From IMG/VR virus record IMGVR_UViG_3300032328_000934, positions 14,975 through 78,974 of that record: a stretch of 64,000 bases of DNA. One strand, written 5' to 3'. Shown piece after piece: positions 1 to 8,573 of this stretch (within the stretch, counting starts at the first letter, position 1; each line of letters opens with the position of its first letter). The DNA is from a virus (Duplodnaviria; Caudoviricetes). The notes beneath the pieces were generated by a model that saw only the letters and a program-made list of their open reading frames with translations, had not been told where the DNA came from and made no database searches. The translations under genes were made by a program, and so were the position numbers.

Positions 1-17
1 TCCCCTCGGTTCCGAGA

Positions 18-833
18 CTAGTTGTGGACGATGAACAGCACTGACCCTGCGAGGCCAATGATTTTATTCCGTTTGCGGTACACCATGTAGTCTTGGTACT
101 TGTGCATGTGAATGCGTTCTGGGTCTAGGTGGGCGCACCACCCACACTGTGCACACGATGCTGACTTGCCAGTCTGCTCGGTACACCCGACTGTAACTTC
201 GCCAAGGGAACGCAGGAAAGCGAGTGCTTCCTCGTACTCAGCGGTAACTACAGCCCACGCAACGTGCCAACCCATGCTCAGGGCCAACTGTGCGTCCTCT
301 CGCGTCTGTACCGACGCAAGGAAGATGTGCTTCAGTGGTTGAGCATCGGCCATCTGCCAACAGGCGGTAAAGCCAATCAACGGAACGCCAAGGTCCATGA
401 ACTTGACTGCGGTATCGCAGATAAGGTCCACGTGTTCCGACCACACTTCGCCAGTGTGTGGGTGAAGAATGTCTCCGCCTGTATGCCAGCGGAAGATGTC
501 GATGATGCGGTCACCAGCAATGTGCAAGCCCAGCATTGCATCGATACGAGCACGCACGCGCAAGAGGCCAAAGTTGTCGAACGTAGCACCGACGTACGCT
601 TTCTCTGTGGTTGAGAAGCGCACGTGACCTTTGGTGGCGTAGCAGGACTTGAATCCTGCTGGCCGTTCACTCGCACGCTCACTGACTGGATGGAATAGGC
701 AAGTGGTCGGACAGGTAGGGCCTACCGGACTGTAGGTTGTACCGCCGGTGAACTTACCCTTGATTGGGCCAACCAACTTGGTGTTCGCAGTGTCGATAAC
801 CAACTTGATTGGCGTGTTTGGCGCTTTTGCCAT
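18..833 (-). CDS. Cys-cluster phage protein, Gp88/DUF7227-like (degenerate radical-SAM-like)
   Basis: Motifs TCPTTC..CYA and FRWHTGGD. Start placed at ATG 833 behind GGAG; the ORF track start is 881. Confidence 0.5.
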   Translation of the reverse strand: MAKAPNTPIKLVIDTANTKLVGPIKGKFTGGTTYSPVGPTCPTTCLFHPVSERASERPAGFKSCYATKGHVRFSTTEKAYVGATFDNFGLLRVRARIDAMLGLHIAGDRIIDIFRWHTGGDILHPHTGEVWSEHVDLICDTAVKFMDLGVPLIGFTACWQMADAQPLKHIFLASVQTREDAQLALSMGWHVAWAVVTAEYEEALAFLRSLGEVTVGCTEQTGKSASCAQCGWCAHLDPERIHMHKYQDYMVYRKRNKIIGLAGSVLFIVHN

Positions 834-886
834 GCGAGTCTCCCAATATACGTAGAAAGTTGTTGTGGCCTCTACCCTCATCCTTC

Positions 887-1228
887 CTAATGGTCGTCTA
901 CGTTCAACAGTTCCTTGTATTGGGGCAAGTAGCCTCTTGATACGAAGTGCTTATACATCCTCTCCTGCGACTCGTCTATGATTGCCTGATACTCAGGATG
1001 CTTGTAGACGAGTTCACCGGCCCGCCACTTTTCGAGGATGACTCGACCGTGGCCCGGACGCGTACGCGATTGGATAATTGCCTCGATCTCGGGACACTCA
1101 GCGGAACCGCTCTTACAGAAGTAGCGAATTACCGAGAGCCTGCTCGATGTTGTGTACCAGCTCCCGTAAATCTTCCGCGGGTACCAACACAGGAACTGAA
1201 GTAGCAAATAGGTTTGGTAGTCGGTCAC
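887..1228 (-). CDS. hypothetical protein
   Basis: AAGGAG SD before GTG 1228; tightly packed in the minus-strand operon. Confidence 0.6.
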   Translation of the reverse strand: MTDYQTYLLLQFLCWYPRKIYGSWYTTSSRLSVIRYFCKSGSAECPEIEAIIQSRTRPGHGRVILEKWRAGELVYKHPEYQAIIDESQERMYKHFVSRGYLPQYKELLNVDDH

Positions 1229-1238
1229 GGGTTCTCCT

Positions 1239-2072
1239 TTACTTAAGAAAGTTAACTGCCTCATTGGCCAAACTCAATGCCCGCCGTATTGCCGTCTTGT
1301 CTTGCTTGAGGAGTTCATTCCAGTTGGCAAGGTAGGACAGGATGTTCGCATCTGACTCTGGTGTGATGCCGAACGTGGACGCTACGAACACACTACCCAA
1401 CTCGGCTACCAGTTCCTCAAAGGCATACGCCTTGTCTTTGTGGTTACCGATATTGATTCGACCAAGACGGCTTGGATGGCCCGTCCAATGGATTGTCTCA
1501 TGAGCAAGCACAGACCAGTAGTTGTCCTCTACTGGAAAGCTTTCGACAGGAGGCATGGTGATGTCGTCTGAGGCTGGACGATAGTACGCCTGAAACCCGG
1601 TGTTGACCCGGATATGGTGGCGTTCCAGCATTGCAGTAAACCGGTCTCGCACCGCGGTCTCGGACTCCTTTACTACTTCGACTGGTGGCTCCCAACCCTC
1701 CACTTGGGTTGAGTTGAAGACAACGATGTGTCGCCAGTACACGTACTGGCCGATAACCTCCTCGTTTGCGTCTTTCTTGTCTACCATGGTTGGGTTCTTC
1801 ACTAGCGTGATGCCCTTGGCACCAGCCTTGATTTTAGCACCCAACTTTTGCCACTGCGGGAATGTGGCATAGAACTGGGTGTGCTCCGTCTGAGCAAATG
1901 CCCGATACATTGCGAGGTAGACAGCGTTGTTACCGCTGTAGACATGGCCAGTCATGGCGTTTTGAGCGGAACCGCCTTTCCACGGTCGTACCCACTTCCC
2001 GGTTTTCATACCGCTCTCGATCGCATTCACCAGCTTTTCGACAAGCATCTCTGCCGGTTTTTGATTGCTCAT
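1239..2072 (-). CDS. ardC: ArdC-like antirestriction protein (ssDNA-binding N-domain plus zincin-like metallopeptidase)
   Basis: W.RPW...N..TG..YSG.N and ATF.QW...G..I..G.KG motifs; AHETIHWTGHPSRL and YAFEELVAELGS; GGAGG SD before ATG 2072. Confidence 0.9.
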   Translation of the reverse strand: MSNQKPAEMLVEKLVNAIESGMKTGKWVRPWKGGSAQNAMTGHVYSGNNAVYLAMYRAFAQTEHTQFYATFPQWQKLGAKIKAGAKGITLVKNPTMVDKKDANEEVIGQYVYWRHIVVFNSTQVEGWEPPVEVVKESETAVRDRFTAMLERHHIRVNTGFQAYYRPASDDITMPPVESFPVEDNYWSVLAHETIHWTGHPSRLGRINIGNHKDKAYAFEELVAELGSVFVASTFGITPESDANILSYLANWNELLKQDKTAIRRALSLANEAVNFLK

Positions 2073-2088
2073 GGCAACCTCCATCTGT

Positions 2089-2119
2089 AATTGCCGGAAG
2101 TAACGTGGCCCCGGCACTC
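2089..2119 (-). repeat. leader hairpin repeat A, copy 1
   Basis: Minus strand GAGTGCCGGGGCCACGTTACTTCCGGCAATT, just upstream of the ardC SD. Confidence 0.85.
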
Positions 2120-2125
2120 GACTAA

Positions 2126-2659
2126 CTACTTGAGGGTCGCGAATGGACCCCACTCAACCATATCCAACACGGTGATGTCGTCATTGGATATGTTGGACTC
2201 TTCGATACCACTGTACAGGTCGATGGGGGAGTCCATGCTCCCGTAGTGGCAGGATAGAAGCTCTCTGCCTTTCAGGAGCAAGCTAATTGCCTGCCCTGTG
2301 TCACAGATGTGTCTTGGATTGTACGCCTTAAAGACGACTTCCCGCAACTCACGTGGGTCTTTCATCCAGACCTCACGTTCTAAGAATGCAACGATCGCCG
2401 AGGGCGTCCGTTGCATACTCTTGCGCGTCCACTCTTCGAAGCGCATCACGACGGGTGCCCGCTTTAAGAACAGGATGCCAACTGCATCCTGCTGAACCAT
2501 GTGGTCCAACAGGATGGTCGTTGTTGTGGTCGGGTCATACATCCACTGTTCGCTGTCGTTATCTTCCAATAAGGCATCCGCAAAGGTGAGCCACAGTCTC
2601 TTGTTCTCTGGCCGAGATAGCCACTGCTTTCGGATGGCAAGCGTGTCACGTTTAGTCAT
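2126..2659 (-). CDS. hypothetical protein
   Basis: 177-aa ORF, start overlaps the upstream stop. Confidence 0.7.
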   Translation of the reverse strand: MTKRDTLAIRKQWLSRPENKRLWLTFADALLEDNDSEQWMYDPTTTTTILLDHMVQQDAVGILFLKRAPVVMRFEEWTRKSMQRTPSAIVAFLEREVWMKDPRELREVVFKAYNPRHICDTGQAISLLLKGRELLSCHYGSMDSPIDLYSGIEESNISNDDITVLDMVEWGPFATLK

Positions 2660-3120
2660 TAGATAAAATCCTTTAGGTTATACCACATTTCCCCTAATGA
2701 ATATGCCGGGTCATTGAGCTTCCCGCTGACTGGGTACGTTTCGTTACGTACACAGGTTATGTACCCATCGGTACGCTCCTGCTCAATCATGCTTACTTCT
2801 CCCGCTGTAAACGGGGTAAAGGGCTTTATGCAGAAGCTGTGGGTGACGTGGTACTCTTCTTCCCCGTAGCGGTTTGGGCCATAGTGAACATCATCGAACT
2901 TTTGCACCCAAAATGGTACTGGCGTGCTACTGTCATTAATGTACATCTCCCAGAGGTAGTGAAAAGTGAAAGGCATGTAACCTAGCAAGGTATCCAATTC
3001 AACAAAGATTTTGTTCAAGTCCTCGGGCGTAGCCGAGTCCCTTTCGTACTCGATGGTTTGTTTAGCTTCATACGGTAGGTTCTCGTATGACAGCCAGAAT
3101 ACCAGTTTGATTTTTTGCAT
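2659..3120 (-). CDS. hypothetical protein
   Basis: 153-aa ORF with AGGAG SD. Confidence 0.75.
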   Translation of the reverse strand: MQKIKLVFWLSYENLPYEAKQTIEYERDSATPEDLNKIFVELDTLLGYMPFTFHYLWEMYINDSSTPVPFWVQKFDDVHYGPNRYGEEEYHVTHSFCIKPFTPFTAGEVSMIEQERTDGYITCVRNETYPVSGKLNDPAYSLGEMWYNLKDFI

Positions 3121-3127
3121 GCTACTT

Positions 3128-3166
3128 CTCCTAGTTAAGTAAAGCTTGAATGGTTAGCTACTCCAT
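3128..3166 (-). repeat. leader repeat B, copy 1
   Basis: Plus strand taagtaaagcttgaatggttagctactcca; near-identical copy at 3600-3637; both abut an SD. Confidence 0.75.
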
Positions 3167-3171
3167 ATTAA

Positions 3172-3594
3172 TTACGAAACGATTACGTAGAATCCATCAC
3201 GTTCGTCGGCGTCATCGGGTATTGCGCCCCGTTTCACCTCCCAACCCTCGGGCATTAGCCACTTAAAATGGTTGAGTAACTTTGTTTCGCGGATTGCCCG
3301 CAACGTCCAGAACGCTTTGGTGAGGCCTCTGAATTGTTCACGTTCTTCCAGCCATTCCTCCCGTGCTTCAACTACTTCGTCCCACAATTCCTGCGGGTAT
3401 GCCCAGCACTGGTTGGCCAACTGCTGTGCAAGTCCTTTGTCGTCGTCCTCAAGGACGTAATCGTACGTGAAGATGACGTGGATGCCAGAGGGGATAAGTT
3501 TCAACTCTGCGTAGGTGGCCAATTTCTTTTTGAGGAATCTCTTATCCTCCATCTTCATCCGACTCTTGTAGAGTATCTGCTGTAATCGTTCCAT
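3172..3594 (-). CDS. hypothetical protein
   Basis: 140-aa ORF with AGGAG SD. Confidence 0.75.
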   Translation of the reverse strand: MERLQQILYKSRMKMEDKRFLKKKLATYAELKLIPSGIHVIFTYDYVLEDDDKGLAQQLANQCWAYPQELWDEVVEAREEWLEEREQFRGLTKAFWTLRAIRETKLLNHFKWLMPEGWEVKRGAIPDDADERDGFYVIVS

Positions 3595-3599
3595 GGTAT

Positions 3600-3637
3600 T
3601 CTCCTAACTAAGTGAAGCTTAAGTGGTTAGCTCTCCA
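3600..3637 (-). repeat. leader repeat B, copy 2
   Basis: Plus strand taagtgaagcttaagtggttagctctcca. Confidence 0.75.
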
Positions 3638-3643
3638 CATGTA

Positions 3644-3898
3644 TTACTCTTCTACGTTATGAACAACGTAGTCGAGGTCCCAGCAGTTGGCGTTGAGCGA
3701 GATTTGGGTTTTTAACCGCTCGCGAAGTCGCTCGCTTGCGTTGGCCAAGATGAGGTTGTTGAGCTCTTCACTTGGTTGTTCATTGTCCATGTCTTCCGGT
3801 ACTTCGAATACGATTTGCTCGTCGAAAAACACCTGCACCTCAACACCGGAGTATGCGTCATAGTACGCATTACCCCACACATACACTTGCTTCTTCAT
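3644..3898 (-). CDS. small acidic hypothetical protein
   Basis: 84 aa, D/E-rich, GAGG SD. Confidence 0.7.
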   Translation of the reverse strand: MKKQVYVWGNAYYDAYSGVEVQVFFDEQIVFEVPEDMDNEQPSEELNNLILANASERLRERLKTQISLNANCWDLDYVVHNVEE

Positions 3899-4347
3899 GC
3901 TTCACCTCGTTGACGCTTCAATTCCTCGTACTTTACCATGGACGTGTGCACCTCTTCAATGAACTCCGCTTCTCGGTTACTCCCGCCTGTAAGGCCATAG
4001 TGATTGTCGCGCATTTCTTTGCGAATCTCCATCCATTTTTCAGGTGAGAGACCGAACGGGAATTCGTCTTTCAGTGCCTCATTGGCGTCCTCTTTCGAAA
4101 TGCTGTGCACAAAGACATTGTACTCTAGCTCTAGTTGTTGGATGGCCTGCCATTTTTCACTCGACCACTCACCATCGGGGCAGTGGATGCTCTCGGCAGA
4201 CCACATCATTACTCCGGGCCCGGCACTCCGGATGCCTTTGAGTTTCAGAAGTCGGCGGACTTCGCTGTCTAGGTCCTCGAGTGAGGACTGGACGACGAAC
4301 GTGATGGTCATTTCGGCCGGACCGTATACTACTCTCCAAAATTCCAT
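3895..4347 (-). CDS. hypothetical protein
   Basis: GAGGAG SD before ATG 4347; the longer track start runs through repeat A copy 2. Confidence 0.7.
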   Translation of the reverse strand: MEFWRVVYGPAEMTITFVVQSSLEDLDSEVRRLLKLKGIRSAGPGVMMWSAESIHCPDGEWSSEKWQAIQQLELEYNVFVHSISKEDANEALKDEFPFGLSPEKWMEIRKEMRDNHYGLTGGSNREAEFIEEVHTSMVKYEELKRQRGEA

Positions 4348-4365
4348 TGCGGTCTCCTCTAAGTT

Positions 4366-4398
4366 GATTGCCGGAAGTAACGTGTCCCCGGTACTCGA
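4366..4398 (-). repeat. leader hairpin repeat A, copy 2
   Basis: Plus strand gattgccggaagtaacgtgtccccggtactc. Confidence 0.85.
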
Positions 4399-4403
4399 AA
4401 AAA

Positions 4404-4916
4404 CTATTGAATAATTACCCAATCTCCGCCATCAAAGCCTGTGACGGCAATGTCTGGGGATAGTCCGTAGAAGAACGTAGCCTCGTCTTCTGGGTCTCCT
4501 TCTCGATAGTCGTCAAACCGGCAGAACTGAACGTGGTTGATACTACCGTCATCTTTCCACTGAATAGTACGATGAAAGTACCGACTCTCTTGCTCGACTT
4601 CCTCGACGTGGGCAACGAATTCATCGTCGTCTTCGTCAAGGTCGTCGTCGTCCTGATTGAACTCCGCCTCGAACGCTGAGGCGATGTCGCGAGTACGGAA
4701 CTGGAACCACTCGCGGGCCTTGTCTCGTGAGCCGTCGCCGTCGGGCTGGATGAACCGGTCCACGGCCTGCATGACCGTGAAGTGGCCCAAGTCGGGATAC
4801 TTCTCGGTCAGCCGAGTGGCCAATTGGTAGGGCACACTCTCCAAGAATGTCTGGCACAAGTCTTCGAGGATGACCAAAACTTCCTCGCTGAACCCCTTGT
4901 TGAACTCTACTGACAT
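4404..4916 (-). CDS. acidic hypothetical protein
   Basis: 170 aa with DDDDLDEDDDE tract; AAGGAG SD. Confidence 0.75.
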   Translation of the reverse strand: MSVEFNKGFSEEVLVILEDLCQTFLESVPYQLATRLTEKYPDLGHFTVMQAVDRFIQPDGDGSRDKAREWFQFRTRDIASAFEAEFNQDDDDLDEDDDEFVAHVEEVEQESRYFHRTIQWKDDGSINHVQFCRFDDYREGDPEDEATFFYGLSPDIAVTGFDGGDWVIIQ

Positions 4917-4933
4917 TACAGTCTCCTTACGTT

Positions 4934-4964
4934 AATTACCGGAAGTAACGTGTCCCCGGCACTC
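4934..4964 (-). repeat. leader hairpin repeat A, copy 3
   Basis: Plus strand aattaccggaagtaacgtgtccccggcactc. Confidence 0.85.
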
Positions 4965-4973
4965 AAGAAATCT

Positions 4974-5162
4974 CTACCAGTCAGCCCGGTGGTTGCACAG
5001 GGCAACCCACACGTCCCAATTTTGGTCTCGTATCCAGCGTTCCGCGTCTTGGCGAGCTGTCTCGCCTTTGAAAAACTTCTTCTTGCCGTTCACTACGACC
5101 TTGTAGTCATAGCCACGGGTGTAAATCGAAAACTTGTGTCTGCAGTAAACGAGTTCCCACAT
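4974..5162 (-). CDS. hypothetical protein
   Basis: 62 aa, GAGG SD, flanked by repeat A copies. Confidence 0.65.
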   Translation of the reverse strand: MWELVYCRHKFSIYTRGYDYKVVVNGKKKFFKGETARQDAERWIRDQNWDVWVALCNHRADW

Positions 5163-5181
5163 GGTACACCTCTTCTCAACT

Positions 5182-5212
5182 AATTACCGGAAGTAACGTG
5201 GCCCCGGTGCTC
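5182..5212 (-). repeat. leader hairpin repeat A, copy 4
   Basis: Plus strand aattaccggaagtaacgtggccccggtgctc. Confidence 0.85.
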
Positions 5213-5218
5213 TACTGA

Positions 5219-5587
5219 CTAGGAAGAAAACTTAACAAGGAACTCTAGGCCAGTCTCTTTGCTGACCTCTTCGCGCTTGGCCATGCAAGCGTCAAAGTCC
5301 ATCTGCCGGTCTTTGCATTCCTTCCTAACTTCTTCCACGTCTAAACAGAAGTGTCGCCAACCGAACAAAGTGTCACCGCGTGGCGATACCACCATTGCGA
5401 CAATGTTGGCGGTATAAAACCAATCCGCCGTCAGCCAGACATACTCGTACTTTTCGCGAAGACTCCTATCCTCGTCTTTGGCACACTGTATGGCTTCCCC
5501 CTTCGTGGGGAAATCGTAAAATGTCATATGCACGACACTCCAGAAATTGCGTGATGCCGAGAACACCACCACTCTAAAGCATTGCAT
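5219..5587 (-). CDS. hypothetical protein
   Basis: 122-aa ORF; start uncertain. Confidence 0.6.
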   Translation of the reverse strand: MQCFRVVVFSASRNFWSVVHMTFYDFPTKGEAIQCAKDEDRSLREKYEYVWLTADWFYTANIVAMVVSPRGDTLFGWRHFCLDVEEVRKECKDRQMDFDACMAKREEVSKETGLEFLVKFSS

Positions 5588-5867
5588 TTAGGCACCTCTT
5601 GCACAGACGGTAGCCTGTTGGTTGCACCGCCTCTAGTGTTACACGCATACACGCGTAACAGTCGAACCCCAACTCGGCAAACGTTGCTTCAAAGGCCAAG
5701 AACAATTCACTCGTTTCCACCGGGTCGAGGCCAAAGAACGTTCGACCACCGATGTGGACGACGATTCCCGCATCAAAGGTGTTTACCACCTTGATGCCCA
5801 TGCGGTTTGCTCTGTCTTGGATGTCTTCCCAGACTATGGGAATTGCTTGTTTGGGTTTGCGAATCAT
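5574..5867 (-). CDS. hypothetical protein with C-terminal CxxC...CxxC (possible Zn ribbon)
   Basis: CYAC ... CKRC; GAGGA SD. Confidence 0.65.
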   Translation of the reverse strand: MIRKPKQAIPIVWEDIQDRANRMGIKVVNTFDAGIVVHIGGRTFFGLDPVETSELFLAFEATFAELGFDCYACMRVTLEAVQPTGYRLCKRCLNAML

Positions 5868-5880
5868 GTCAGTTTCCTCG

Positions 5881-5918
5881 ATAATTGCGGGAAGTTGTCC
5901 TGTGTCCCCCGCTACCTC
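5881..5918 (-). repeat. leader hairpin repeat A, divergent copy 5
   Basis: Plus strand ataattgcgggaagttgtcctgtgtcccccgctacctc; sister of 6510-6548. Confidence 0.65.
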
Positions 5919-5935
5919 AGTGTGTGAAAAAAAAA

Positions 5936-6496
5936 CTAATTAACCGTTACTACACCGTTACTAAAACTTACGTATTGCAAGTCTTCTCCTGCGTAGTAAA
6001 ACACTCTGTTAAGCCAGCTCTCCAATTCGGCTGGGTACTCCAGACACCACGTTGTACCGCTTGGAATCCCAAGTGTTTGTAGATACCCACAGAGCAGTTT
6101 CCATCGAATGCTGTCTGGGTTTAAGAGTTCTGGAACTTGCTGTCGCTGTCGACCAAGTTGCTCGAACTCTACGAGTTGAGTCAACAGGTGGGACAGGTGG
6201 TAACTTTGGCCAAGGAACACTCGAAATGGGGTGTGCACATCTCCTACCGCGTCGGTGTACGACACGGCAAATGCATCGATCCACGCGCCAGAGACTGCGT
6301 TCTCGAAGAAATATTCCCAGTATGGGCAGTTCGCGTACACCACGGCATTGTCGTCGTTCACGATGACAACGTCTAGGCCTTCGGCAGTGAATTGCCGTGC
6401 ATCCCGCATGGCTTCAAAGCGGTCGTACCGAGTAAGTTCCTTGTTTAGGCTACGGTTCTCCATTGATTTGATACCCATAATTTTGAACTCTGACAT
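5936..6496 (-). CDS. hypothetical protein
   Basis: 186 aa, GAGGAGG SD. Confidence 0.75.
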   Translation of the reverse strand: MSEFKIMGIKSMENRSLNKELTRYDRFEAMRDARQFTAEGLDVVIVNDDNAVVYANCPYWEYFFENAVSGAWIDAFAVSYTDAVGDVHTPFRVFLGQSYHLSHLLTQLVEFEQLGRQRQQVPELLNPDSIRWKLLCGYLQTLGIPSGTTWCLEYPAELESWLNRVFYYAGEDLQYVSFSNGVVTVN

Positions 6497-6509
6497 GGTA
6501 TCCTCCTCG

Positions 6510-6548
6510 ATAATTGCGGAAAGTTGTACTGTATCCTCCGCCTACTCA
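6510..6548 (-). repeat. leader hairpin repeat A, divergent copy 6
   Basis: Plus strand ataattgcggaaagttgtactgtatcctccgcctactc; a TATAAT lies just upstream on the minus strand. Confidence 0.65.
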
Positions 6549-6555
6549 GTTATAA

Positions 6556-6759
6556 TTATACTCCTTGTTTTACCCCGTGTACGAAGAAAAAACAAAAAGA
6601 ATAATTATTATCTTCACACCCATACACAAGAGCCCATCCTAACCGGATAGACGTCTCGATTGCGAGCGCTATCCCCTCTTCCCGAGACCCCACCGACTGA
6701 GTGTCGATGCAGGTCTCGAAAAATTTGTTAATTCCCGGGAAGTCTACACTGTATTCCAT
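6556..6759 (-). CDS. hypothetical protein
   Basis: 67 aa, AGGAGG SD; 3' end runs into an AT tract. Confidence 0.5.
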   Translation of the reverse strand: MEYSVDFPGINKFFETCIDTQSVGSREEGIALAIETSIRLGWALVYGCEDNNYSFCFFFVHGVKQGV

Positions 6760-6768
6760 GATGGCCTC

Positions 6769-7176
6769 CTAGAAGAAGTACATCTTGGCACCATCATGGT
6801 GCGCGAGGTACATCGCAATCCACACTCGCTTATTACCCCGACCGGGTTCCTTGACTAACCGGTACTTGAGACTGTACTGCCCGTGACGAGGGGCCAATTG
6901 AGTCAGGATGTCTTCCGGTTTTCGAAAGTCAAACGTTGCTGGTTGAAGTCCATGCCATGTTGGCCAGTAACTGTCCCGCCGACCCGGACGGAAGTAAGGA
7001 CTCACGGCATCGAGGAAGTCCTCGCGACGCCAATCTCCGCAGTCACCGAAACATACCTCACTTTGGATGTCCTCGTCCTTTTCCTCGTCGTACTTTGTGC
7101 AAGTGCACTCACCATCGGTGAGGTCCCACAAGTCCGATACCGTTACCCACGTTTTGCTCTTAATCAAAATACCCAT
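6769..7176 (-). CDS. hypothetical protein (CxC...CxGDC motif)
   Basis: 135 aa, AGGAGG SD. Confidence 0.75.
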   Translation of the reverse strand: MGILIKSKTWVTVSDLWDLTDGECTCTKYDEEKDEDIQSEVCFGDCGDWRREDFLDAVSPYFRPGRRDSYWPTWHGLQPATFDFRKPEDILTQLAPRHGQYSLKYRLVKEPGRGNKRVWIAMYLAHHDGAKMYFF

Positions 7177-7229
7177 GATGACCTCCTAGTAAAATTGCGA
7201 GGTTGTAGCGGTTACCTGCTCCGCAGAGA

Positions 7230-7415
7230 TTACGCCTGTTGCTTGCCGTTTACGAAACGGCCCCAGTATTGGCCAGTGCCAATCTCACGGATTGACACCG
7301 AGCCTTTGGTCTCTCGAGACAGTTTGACTGCCCCGATGACCGCCTGCTTATAGTTGGGGAACTCACCTGAGTGAGTCCCCGGTTTGTCGTCCCATCGGAT
7401 GATTACGAATCTCAT
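7230..7415 (-). CDS. hypothetical protein
   Basis: 61 aa; start overlaps the upstream stop. Confidence 0.6.
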   Translation of the reverse strand: MRFVIIRWDDKPGTHSGEFPNYKQAVIGAVKLSRETKGSVSIREIGTGQYWGRFVNGKQQA

Positions 7416-8179
7416 TTAGTACTCCAAAAGTATACCACGTCATCTGACGTGATGCCAACACCGCATTGGTGCCCTATGGCAACATCCATCCAATCCTCAC
7501 GGATTGGCATGAACTTACGTTGGTACTTGCCCTCCGTCAGGGCTGGATTGAAGCTGACGAATCCCTCGTACTGCGATACGAGATAGTCTCCAAACACCCC
7601 AAGGGATTCACCCCGAGTGTCTTCACACTCAATCCAGTCTGTTTCAACTTCGGGTTGATACGGCAGGAGAATGGATTTCCAACCTTGCGAATATACCCAA
7701 CCCCCGCCCACCAAAATCGGTGAGCTGGCCACGGTCCACAGGCGAGGTGACTTAACCCCGATGAACCACGTGCCACTGGTTGGGTAAAATGACCCATCCC
7801 CCGTGGAAACGAGCAGATCGGATATTTTTGACTCATGGGGTAAACCGTCGTACCCCACGACTACCAAACGGTAACCGTACTGTGTTAGACCGATTGCCCC
7901 GATGGCACGGTCCGAAACACTTACGGACTGGATTACGTACCAATCCATAACCATTTCGTTGAACTTGGCTACCATGGCCTCGAGCTGTGGGTGCGGACGG
8001 CGAATGAACGCGGTTAACCCGTTTTCGTGGGCAACCACACCAACGGAGCCTGCCCACACTCCGGTGGGCTTCTGGAAGGTGGGAACGGTAATGTTGTACC
8101 CGAGTACAACACCGTACCGAATGGCGAGGCCGAAGCCTACGCCAGCCCCGATTTGGGGCATGGACTCATTGAAGCGCAT
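7412..8179 (-). CDS. hypothetical protein with degenerate RCC1/BLIP-II-like repeats
   Basis: QIGAGVGFGLAIRYGVVLG and WMDVAIGHQCGVGITSDDVVYFW resemble RCC1 blades; AAAGGA SD. Confidence 0.45.
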   Translation of the reverse strand: MRFNESMPQIGAGVGFGLAIRYGVVLGYNITVPTFQKPTGVWAGSVGVVAHENGLTAFIRRPHPQLEAMVAKFNEMVMDWYVIQSVSVSDRAIGAIGLTQYGYRLVVVGYDGLPHESKISDLLVSTGDGSFYPTSGTWFIGVKSPRLWTVASSPILVGGGWVYSQGWKSILLPYQPEVETDWIECEDTRGESLGVFGDYLVSQYEGFVSFNPALTEGKYQRKFMPIREDWMDVAIGHQCGVGITSDDVVYFWSTK

Positions 8180-8267
8180 GTTATTTCCTTTCAGCGCTAT
8201 CGACGATACTTGCCTGCATGCTTACCCACGCAGGAGTAGGGAGAAAAAAAGAAAAAAAATTACAAAA

Positions 8268-8573
8268 TTACCAAATAACCATGTTGCCTTCAGAGTTCCA
8301 CCGGACGTACCAATGAAACACGTCGCTGAGCCGGTTTTGCTCTTCCTCAGAGAAGTCACGGTAATTACTTGGGTATATCTCTCCCCCATGCTTCTCGTCC
8401 AGCATGCGGAAGAATCCTGAATCCACGATGATGTCGCGGATTTTCCCCGTGTCTTTCCGGTGGGCCACGACGGCAATTGCCATGAGGCGGGTAATGGTTC
8501 CCGCCACCTCACTGAAAGCAATTGCTTTTTGAATCTCTTCCCTCGAAATCATAATATCCGTCCTTTCTTCCAC
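8268..8573 (-). CDS. hypothetical protein
   Basis: 101-aa ORF in operon. Confidence 0.65.
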   Translation of the reverse strand: MEERTDIMISREEIQKAIAFSEVAGTITRLMAIAVVAHRKDTGKIRDIIVDSGFFRMLDEKHGGEIYPSNYRDFSEEEQNRLSDVFHWYVRWNSEGNMVIW

